A stretch of DNA of 63,993 nucleotides, counting the filler, from Albugo candida (Eukaryota): the NCBI GenBank assembly GCA_040437565.1. It is 10 parts of 10 records of this genome, joined end to end, with 100 filler letters (N's around TTAATTAATTAA, not from the genome) between each part and the next. Parts side by side here need not be neighbours in the genome. Positions count along the whole stretch, not along the records: positions 48,651 to 54,910 come from JBDOQK010000139.1; positions 55,011 to 61,205 come from JBDOQK010000140.1; 8 more parts are not named here. One strand, given 5' to 3'. Both the position numbers and the translations under genes were made by a program. Each line of letters opens with the position of its first letter. Within the stretch, counting starts at the first letter, position 1. Under the pieces are notes generated by a model. The model worked only from the letters and a program-made list of their open reading frames with translations. It did no database searches and was not told the DNA's origin. Below, piece by piece: positions 49,863-59,300 of the stretch.

Positions 49863-50205
49863 CTGTGTGCCCGTCAGTTGCTCGAAATCTACCAACTATG
49901 AAATACCACATTAAGTCGATTCTCAGTCTCTGCTCGTCTTCATACTCCCACCTCTTTGATCAAGACTCTTTTCGCTTGTTCCCAAGCCTGAGGACGCACG
50001 TACAACTTCAATCCATTCCATGGCGATTCAGATGATACGCAATGTGATAATGATATAGGAGCAAAGCAGAGACCAAGAGGTGAGAGGGTTTGCAGCAGGA
50101 GCACAATCTGCTTGCGACGAGGTTGAAAACGGCTGAAAGTAGAAGGATGAGACTGGTCCAGTAATTTCGACATTTATGCCAATAAAAACGTATATTACGC
50201 TCCGC

Positions 50206-50739
50206 TTAAGAGAGTAAGGCAATGTCCAAGAAATCTCCGGGCTGGAATCCGATTTGCGCTAGCGTCTTATCTTCCTCGATGCTTTTCCTCCTATTCGTGT
50301 AGACCCATCCTGCTTTCCGCATGATATATCTACAAGCCACAAATGAGGCGATATAAGAGTTCTGAGAGGTACGGTACCGTCCACGATGATCGGAAAACAC
50401 AATCGAGAAACCCATTCGAATGTTTGGCTTTCGCGCTTCTTCAGTGGAATCGTGGATTAGATCAGCGATTTCTCGGAGCGTTGCGTCTGGCCTTGAAGTG
50501 AGCAAGGAATGAGTTGACTTTGCGATGAAGTCACAAGTACGTACCAAGTGTAAATATGAAGCTCATGAGCGATTGGAGTGTCCTCCATCGAAGCATATTC
50601 CTCTAATCTGTTCTCATTTAGCGGAAACGGAAAATATAAATAGAAAGGTATGATACCTGTGATGCGATCCTACGTTGCAGAACACTTTGAGAAGAAATGG
50701 GCAATGAGTTTCACGATCAATGGCTGCTTTGAGAGTCAT
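50206..50739 (-). CDS. SAP18: Sin3-associated polypeptide p18 (ASAP/PSAP complex), 4 exons
   Basis: Spliced product MTLKAAIDRETHCPFLLKVF..HHR|..ELHIYTW|PDATLREIADLI..|..DKTLAQIGFQPGDFLDIALLS*. Confidence 0.92.
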
Positions 50740-50878
50740 GGCGATTATGTGTCGAATTGGTAATTAAAAGAAAGCTAATGCCGTATTTCAATATTTCCCA
50801 GAATATAAGCCTTTTGTTGAAATTAATTACCTAGTTTATCGGTATCGTACTGAATTGCGAGATCGATCGCGCGCTAAA
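50740..50878. promoter_or_regulatory. Putative bidirectional promoter between SAP18 and SmD3
   Basis: Only 139 bp separate the two divergent start codons. Confidence 0.6.
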
Positions 50879-51217
50879 ATGTCGAAAACGATGGCGGTTC
50901 CGATTGCGCTATTACACGAAGGAGAAGGTCGAAGCATCACAGTGGAGTTGAAGAATGGCGAAATTTATCGTGGTCATCTTGATGAAAGCGAAGACAGCAT
51001 GAATTGTCAGCTCAGTAACGTTGTGCTTAGCGCTCGGAATGGCCAGAAATGTAAATTGGAACAGGTTTATGTTCGTGGAAGCCAGATCAAGTTTATAATT
51101 CTTCCTGAGCTTTTAAAAAACTCGCCTTTATTTGAAAGGGTACGCTCAATAAAGTCAGAGCCAGAGAAGCGTAAAGTCCACAGACCAAAAACACGACGTA
51201 ATCGTAAATTTAAATAA
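50879..51217 (+). CDS. SNRPD3: Small nuclear ribonucleoprotein Sm D3
   Basis: VPIALLHEGEG..TVELKNGEIYRG..EDSMNCQL..LEQVYVRGSQIKFIILPELLKNSPLF. Confidence 0.92.
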   Translation: MSKTMAVPIALLHEGEGRSITVELKNGEIYRGHLDESEDSMNCQLSNVVLSARNGQKCKLEQVYVRGSQIKFIILPELLKNSPLFERVRSIKSEPEKRKVHRPKTRRNRKFK

Positions 51218-53155
51218 ACATCCCAGCGTTCCATTTCCTGCCGTCCATCTCTCGATATTCACTGATAGTGATCGCCCAAGATTTATATTGCCAAATGTAC
51301 ACGTGGAAATGCAGTAACATGTCGTTCTTTGTATCGCTTATCGTTCAACAAAGCTGTAACTGACATTAACAAGTCGAAGTCATTCGGCCGTCAAGCGAAT
51401 CTGTGTATCAATTTGATGGACAAAATAGAAGAGCGAGCTTGTGCAGGTACTTCGAACGACTATTACACAATCTCACTCGCGTAGTGTGTCGAGATGACGC
51501 TTGAATCCCCTCATTCTCGGGTATTGGTGCTTTTGTCTTCTATTTCGTCAATTATGATTCCTTATGTCTACTGCCTTGTCAATTCGGGCAGGAAGATACC
51601 TTCACACGCCTAATGCTGTGACTTAAATATATACTTTTTGACCAAAGGCATAGAGCGATCCAAATCGAAAAGCATGATACGTGTTTGCGTCAAACAAGAC
51701 TAAGAGATACTCTTCGCATACTGCACACGATCTCATCGATATTTACAAATATACTGAAATTCTGGACAGTCAGAGGCAGAAAAAAGACGAGTTTGTTGAG
51801 GGGAGTAACATATGAGCAGTTAGAACGCGTCAGCACTCAATCCGATACGGTAATCGAACTTTTCATAATCTACCAAATTGCTGATTTGTATAATGAGCGC
51901 TAAAGCAAACCATACGAAGCCTAGTTTTGTCATTTCCAGCCATTAAATATGCCGCGATGAAAAACACAGAGAATGCGAATAAGTGCTAAGGTCGAGATGA
52001 GATATAGCCAACGTCAGATGGTAGCGATGAGCGTATCCAAGCACAAAGCCGGAAGGAGAGGAAATAGCATCAGCAATTGCCATTTCAATTCCATTCAGGG
52101 CATTTCCCAGCCAAACTTGACGTGCTTGTATACATACAGAAATCAGAGCTTTCTTAGAATCAATTCTCCACTTTCAAAGCATCGGAGCGACCCCGATATG
52201 GTCGCTTTGTTGTGTCAGCGTCTTCATGGAAGTAAGTACCAGGGTAAGGATGAACCGTATAACGATGTCATTACAAGTAAAGAAGTATCAGTTTCTTTCT
52301 TTAGCTTGCAGGAAAAGATCAAGTCCATTATGTCGATCCAGGGAGGCAGTAATTCATATGGTGATCTTACTTGATCAGGTAAACTAGACTCGAAGTCCGA
52401 AGCACTTATGTATAAAACGGGCATAACGCAGCCTGCTTAAAGAGAGATAGAAGCAGTCAAGAGCAGCATAAATTGTTCTCAGACTCGCATTGCTCAGCGG
52501 TTGCTACATTTATTGTTAGTTATTCACACCCTACACTCTGCTATCTACTTGCCATGAAAGTATTTGTTTTCTCAGCTCACGGCTTTAGAAAGCTTCTTTT
52601 TGCCTATGGCAACTACACTCAAATGCGGCTCAACCAGGCGCGCAATCTTACTGTAATGAAGTGTTGCGCTTGAATATTTAAAAAAAACATAAAGTAGGTA
52701 ATGATTAGGTGAGGCGAATGATTACGTTTCCTCTCACCTGTAAAATGTTGTGAGTTATGTTCTCTGTCTCAAAAAGGGTTTTATTTGTCTTTTACTCATG
52801 GAAGATACGCATTCTATTACATCAAAGTTGTCTAGTTGCAGGAAAAAGAACACGACTTGTGTACTTTGCACCTTCGGGTCTCACCTGCCTTTTGTAAGTT
52901 TCCTTCCATAGTCGCAAAGTACGGTCTCGAAGCTTCGAGAACGTTCCTAATTTGTTTACTCTGCAACGTATGCGCATTTTTGTAAATACTTCTAATAGAA
53001 AAACCTATTCGAATGTTGAGTGTGCGTTTCGCCAAGGGTAGTGCTGGATTGAACGGTGGAAAATAGCTCAAGCCTCTCATTTGGAATTGGTGGTTCGGAT
53101 CATAAAGAACTTAAAAGATTTTGTCATAATCAAATATTCGATCAAGAGTGCACCC

Positions 53156-54334
53156 ATGAAAATTTACCAGCTACAACCGTGTATTTTTGCCATGCTTGGG
53201 GTCACGACAACATATCATGGTTTTGTCGGCGGTGAATACATAAAATTGATCAGAACAGAGGAGGAAGCCGAATTTCCATTGGGGATTGCTGTAGAAATGG
53301 CGCACGTATATATTGGTGGAGAACGGATGTCATATGACGTAATGGCTATTTATCAAAAGCATAATTTTGACCCTGTCGTTGCTTTGGAAGGTTGCTGGCC
53401 TGACAAGGAAGTGTCAGTGTGGATGGATTTCCGCGAACATGATCCCATACAGTTGAAAGTACGTGTATCTGGCAACCTTGACGATATATATGAAGAAGGA
53501 GACTTGAAAGGGCCCTATTTATATGATCCATATGAAGTGTATGAAGATCCAGATAATGTTTCGAACTACTTCAGAGCAATGACTCTAAATGGAGAATTTG
53601 GGCCGTGTTGGAAAGTTGACCACCGGTTCAAGCTCCATCTCTCCACAGCGAAAACAGCGCATTTCCCGTCCGCGTGGAAGATTAAAAGGCGTAAATTTAT
53701 TGACACAAAGCGCATTTTACTCGACCCTGTATCGTACTTCGATCATGCTTGTGTAGTAGAAGGAATCTTCACATATGTAATATCGGATGAGGGTGAAATG
53801 ATTTCTGTTGGAGATAAGTCAGCGGCTCTCGGAGGACCTGGTCTATTTGAAACTGAGTTTATAAACGATGACGAGCTTTGTCATTCAACTAAATTTCATG
53901 ATGTGCTAACATTCGTCGGTTATAAGTTCTCTTTACGCGATAGGCCCCTCTTGCCGCATGATGATATGGATTCTTTGTTATCCTCGCTCGGAAGAAGATT
54001 CACTGCAGAGCATGGCCTCGATAAATCTATACCAGTGACGATTACGATTTATAGCGAGCCAGAAATGGAATTCAACCTTCCCACGGATTCTGTAATCAAC
54101 CAAGACAATCGTTTTCTTTTTCACGCATATGCAGGTGATAAATGGGTGCTGCCTTTTAGCTTTTTCAAGCGTTGTACCATCATCGTCCATCAGAACGGTA
54201 GAAATAGAAAATACAAGTTTATCTGCCCAAACGAAATGGCCACAAAGAAAAAAAATTCCAATGAGTGTAGACCACCAAGGCCAGGAATCAAGGATGATGA
54301 TACGAGGTGTGATCTCAGAGTTGCGTCAAAGTAG
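53156..54334 (+). CDS. Orphan 392-aa candidate secreted protein
   Basis: Long intronless ORF. The first ATG gives MKIYQLQPCIFAMLGVTTTYHG (weak signal-like N-terminus). No recognised domain. Confidence 0.65.
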   Translation: MKIYQLQPCIFAMLGVTTTYHGFVGGEYIKLIRTEEEAEFPLGIAVEMAHVYIGGERMSYDVMAIYQKHNFDPVVALEGCWPDKEVSVWMDFREHDPIQLKVRVSGNLDDIYEEGDLKGPYLYDPYEVYEDPDNVSNYFRAMTLNGEFGPCWKVDHRFKLHLSTAKTAHFPSAWKIKRRKFIDTKRILLDPVSYFDHACVVEGIFTYVISDEGEMISVGDKSAALGGPGLFETEFINDDELCHSTKFHDVLTFVGYKFSLRDRPLLPHDDMDSLLSSLGRRFTAEHGLDKSIPVTITIYSEPEMEFNLPTDSVINQDNRFLFHAYAGDKWVLPFSFFKRCTIIVHQNGRNRKYKFICPNEMATKKKNSNECRPPRPGIKDDDTRCDLRVASK

Positions 54335-54910
54335 CGCGGAAACATCTTGCTTGCCGAACGAGTTCCAGCATATTCAGCAAGTAAAGAGGACGAAGTACTT
54401 TGATTTTTGGACACAACTAATGCTCAATGTACATATCATATTTACTTCCACGCATAATTGATATCGTAAGCTTTGCTTCGCTTGAATTTTTGTGGCACCA
54501 TTCTGTACGTCTCAAAGCGCTAGACTTAGGCCACCATGCCCTACCAATCGTGCTGTCCACTGATGTTTGCTTTTGCCATCTGTTTGCATACCCAGTTTTC
54601 CATTTGTGAAACATTCTGTCGAGCTTTCCTCCACAAAAGTAGACCGAGGAAGTAGATCTTCTCGATGGAACATGCACCACCAAAGAACGTCATGAACTTG
54701 AGGCTATTTGAATGCATATCATACTGCTGCCTCCTTTGATCTATGAGTTTTTGGGTGGGTTCGACGGGTGTCAAGTTTGGACACAAGTTTGTCAAGACGT
54801 GATTTCAGTGAGCTCGCTGTCGTCTCCACAAGTAGTGGTTCCTGATGTACACCTCTGCCGTATATCTTCCCCCTGTCTGATCATGCTAAAATGCACATTC
54901 GCGTGTTTCT

Positions 54911-55010
54911 NNNNNNNNNNNNNNNNNNNNNNNNNNNNNNNNNNNNNNNNNNNNTTAATTAATTAANNNNNNNNNNNNNNNNNNNNNNNNNNNNNNNNNN
55001 NNNNNNNNNN
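54911..55010. other. Artificial contig spacer
   Basis: N44-TTAATTAATTAA-N44. Confidence 0.99.
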
Positions 55011-55487
55011 AGTTTACCATCACATAAGTTACAGCTAAAAGTTGGTGTTCCCATAATGATTCTCAGAAATATTAGCCCTGAAGCAGGATTGTGTAATGGA
55101 ACAAGACTTATTGTCAAGTCCTTACTACCTCATTTAATCCAAGCAACAATTATTACTGGATCCAAAGTTGGTCATGTCGTTTTTATCCCAAAAATCAAAC
55201 TTTACACACCAGAAGAAGCACCATGTCAGTTCAAAAGAACACAATTCCCTGTAAGATTAGCATTTGCCATGACCATCAACAAATCTCAGGGACAAACTCT
55301 TGCAAGTGTTGGTCTATATCTTCCAAAGCCAGTCTTTTCCCATGGTCAGTTATATGTTGCTTTGTCAAGGGTAAGAAATAAGGATTCAATTAAGGTGCTC
55401 ATTCATAATTCAGAAGGAACTTTCCAAAGAAACATTCCATCTAATTATACACGAAATGTCGTCTATTCTGAAGCATTCACTTATTAA
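55011..55487 (+). CDS. C-terminus of a second Helitron Pif1-family helicase (5' truncated by the contig start)
   Basis: LKVGVPIMILRN..GLCNGTRL..QFPVRLAFAMTINKSQGQT..HGQLYVALSR..TRNVVYSE. Confidence 0.93.
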   Translation, partial: SLPSHKLQLKVGVPIMILRNISPEAGLCNGTRLIVKSLLPHLIQATIITGSKVGHVVFIPKIKLYTPEEAPCQFKRTQFPVRLAFAMTINKSQGQTLASVGLYLPKPVFSHGQLYVALSRVRNKDSIKVLIHNSEGTFQRNIPSNYTRNVVYSEAFTY

Positions 55488-56335
55488 GTTGCAACTCTCC
55501 TTTTTATTTATTCTATTTCTTTATGTCTATTCTATGTTTATTATATGTCTATTATATGCCACTCCATTTCATTTCTCTCCATTTTATGTCTACCCATTTA
55601 TGCCTCTCCAATTAACATTTCTCCATTTCACATCTCTTCATTTTATGTCTGTTTTATATGCCCTTTTTTATCTATGCCTATCCTATCATTCTAAATATCT
55701 TCTTTCCACATTTATGTTATCTACAAAAAAAAATAAAACGTATGTCCCAACACAAAAATTTAAAAGAATTTATTCACTAAAATTGGCAGACATATTTTAA
55801 GCACCGATTGCGTTCGGTGGCCCACCGCAGGTGCGAGGCTTTTTTTAAGCGAAGCGTACGCCTACTTAATGGAGGTCAGAAAAAACCCGTAGCGCAGCGA
55901 AGGGGCTTTTTTCTACCGCAATGGCGTAGGGGTTAAAAAAAGCCTCGCACCTGCGGTGGGCCACTGAACGCAATCGGTGCTTAAAATACGTCTGCTAATT
56001 TTAGTGAATAAATTCTTTTAAAATTTTTTTGATGGGACATACGTTTTACTTTTTTTTTGTAGATGACATAAATGTGGAAAGAGGATATATAGAATGATAG
56101 GAGAGGCATAGATAAAAAATGGGCATATAGAATAGACATAAAATGAAGAGATGTGAAATGGAGAAATGTTAATTGGAGAGGCATAAATGGGTAGACATAA
56201 AATGGAGAGAAATGAATTGGAGTAGCATGGAATAGACATAGAATAGACATAAAGAAATAGAATAAATAAAAAAAAAGTTACAACTTAGTAAGTGAATGCT
56301 TCAGAATAGACGACATTTCTTGTATAATTAGATGG
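55437..56335. repeat. ~900-bp imperfect palindrome joining the two convergent helicase genes
   Basis: Arms 55437-55848 and 55933-56335 are reverse complements; the innermost 54 bp differ at one base. The 84-bp centre is itself partly self-complementary. Confidence 0.95.
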
Positions 56336-59300
56336 GATCTTTTTTTGAAAAGTACCTTCTGAATTATTAATGAGGACCTTGATTGATTTGTTGTTTCTTA
56401 CTCTTGACAATGCGACATATAACTGACCGTGTGAAAAGACTGGTTTAGGAAGATATAAGCCTACACTTGCAAGCGTTTGTCCCTGCGATTTGTTAATCGT
56501 CATGGCAAATGCTAATCGGACAGGGAATTGAGTTCTCTTGAATTCACATGGAGATTCTTCAGGAGAATAAAGTTTGATTTTAGGAATGCAAACAATATGA
56601 CCGATTTTAGATCCAATAATGATAGTAGCTTCAATTAAGTGAGGTAGTAAAGATTTAACGACTAATCTAGTTCCATTGCATAAACCATCTTCGGGACTTA
56701 TGTTGTGAAGAATCATAATAGGAGCACCGACTTTAAGCTTCAAAATATGAGGAGGTAAACTACCTGACTCATAAGAATTTAAAAATTCAGTTGGAAATTT
56801 TAGCTGGTCTTCTTCAGTATAACACTTATCCGCGCTAAGATAAATCATTTCATCACCTGGAAAGCCATTCAAAATAGTTTCATTAATGATTTCGACGTCC
56901 GTATTTAAAGGTGTTAAAATGGCTGCTTCAGAAATAAGAGATGAATCTGGTAATGATGTTTGAGTGTTGCTGGTAAAGGGGTAAATATGGCTAATAAGAT
57001 CACTTGAGTTGGATCCAGGAATCAAAATTTGATCAGAAATAGAGATATAATCTGAATTCAAACAGAGTCCATTTTCTTGAATTTTAAAACCTTCTACTTT
57101 TCCACCTCCCACGTCCAAAAGATAATCAGCGAATTGTTGTAATTCATTTGCTATTTGAATGTTTTCGTTGCTTTGTGCTGACATTACCCGCATATTAGTA
57201 CGAAGCTGCAATGATTTAACAAACCGCCAAGAATTTGAACGGTTTATACATTGACTTACGACTTGTGACCTACTTGCTTTGTGAATGACAGGCAAGATCT
57301 GACGAAAATCTCCTCCAAAAACAACTACAATACCACCAAACGGAACATGCTCTAATTCAGGTCTTTCAACACACACAACATCTCTAATTGTTCTATCTAC
57401 TGCATCAAAAACATCTTTACTAATCATGGAACATTCATCCCAAACAATCAATGTTGTTTTAAGCAATAATTTGGCAATGTCACTACTTCTTTTAATAGCG
57501 CACATACTATCTTCAGTTACAGTTAAAGGGATTTTGAAAGTAGAATGTGCTGTTCTACCACCATCTAGCAAAAGAGAAGCAGTACCACTTGACGCCACAG
57601 CTATAGCAAACTTACCCCCAGATCGAACTTTGTGCAATAAGTTATTGAACAAAAAGGTCTTGCCAGTGCCACCTGGTCCATCAACAAAAAATAAACGACC
57701 TTCTTGAGGAATATCATTCAATTCAATGCTTGATAGAATGGTATCATAAGTAATTTTTTGGTCAGCATTAAAGTTAACTTCTACAATTGGTCTTGTTTGA
57801 GCAGCACGAATCAAACGTAACTGAATGACTTCTAAAGGAGGGAGGGCAAAGAACTCATCAACTTCCCGCGTATCATTAGTGGGCAAAATGAATCCAGTGA
57901 TTGTTGTAAGGTCAAGATGATATTCAGAAAGCAGCAAATCATATACATCCAACAAACAATGCTCTTTTGCTCTCTCTTCAATATCGACTAAAAGTGGATC
58001 AATGGAATAATTGTTTTTCATTTGGTATACATAATCTTCAGAAAAAGAAACCAAAAATTTACTCCAAAGTTCAAAGGGATCTGAAGGTTCACAAAATGCA
58101 ACGATGATGCAAAAAAGTCGTCTTAATGCAAAGGGAGATTGAACACTTACTGCTTCTTCAATACATAGTTCCCATTGATCATCAGATTCTAATAGTCCAA
58201 GTGCTTTAGCTGCTGCCTGGTAAGTAGGGTAAACTACACCATTTACTGTTCTCATATCTTGGAAAGAAGTAGCACCAACAACATGGTATAACAACATACG
58301 AAGATAGAATTTTTCAGCTTGTCGTGGCGAAACGTTATAAACTCTACCAATGATTGTTCCAAATCCTTTTTTTCTTGGTGCCCATCGTCTTGGTTTCATT
58401 TCTTTTTTCCAAACAAACTTTTGAGGAAAATTGGGATACAATATGGTTTTAGCAACAGCATCAGTCTTATTAATTTCAAACCAAGCAGTTAACGTGGTTT
58501 TTTGTGCTTCGGCTCTTTCTAAAACAGCATCAATATTATCTGTTTCTTGATAATAAACGTTTTCTTCACCTTCTAAATGGACGGCTAAACGCTGGTGAGA
58601 TGGAAACTCGTCATGCATATTAAAAGAAAAAAGACGCCAACATGCTTCGGGTGCTGAAACATATCGTGCATCAATATATGCTTTAACTTCATTCTCTTCT
58701 TCTATAGTGACTGAAGCTCTATCATGTCCTTTATAAACGTATTTATAGATGTATTTAATAGCCTCAACAGATGAGCAAATTTCTACGTTTATATGCGCAT
58801 CGTATTTTGTACAAAGATAAAGATTGTGAGGCACCACCCATCTATTATCAAATCTAAACGTACTAATGGTAGTTTGTTTGGAAAAACTTTGCCCGTCGTT
58901 TCTTCTTCTATAGCTGGGGTAGCCTCCATTAGGTGTCAAAGTGGTTTCCTCCGCAAATTGTTTTGGGTACTGTTTGGTACACTTTCCATCCTCCATACAA
59001 ACGGCTTTTGGGTTAATTATACCACAGGGACCGTGCAACATGTGTTTTTTGACTGTCTCAAATGCTAAAGGATGAATGTCAGGATTTGGAAATTCAGCAG
59101 ATACAACAGAATCAAAATCATTACAATCATTTGGTTTATCGTCAGGATGGACAATTAGTAAAATATGAGCATGAGGTAAACCTCTTTTCTGAAACTCAAT
59201 AGTATACACATAGCCAATCTTACGACCAAGAACATGTTTTTTTGTTAAATCGTCCATTAAACTTGCAAGCTTTAATTTGAAGACACGCGAACAGATATCA

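Noticed and set aside
49940-50173. 77-aa ORF between the lipase and SAP18
   Set aside because: Lies in the likely SAP18 3' UTR with no homology signal.
55456-56250. Mirror-image hydrophobic ORFs (55456-55800 plus, 55981-56250 minus)
   Set aside because: By-products of T-rich 3' tails; indels between the two arms shift the frame, so coding is not conserved.
55011-56760. Palindrome as a fold-back sequencing artefact
   Set aside because: The arms differ by many synonymous substitutions and indels, which a fold-back chimera would not produce. Read-level confirmation is still needed.
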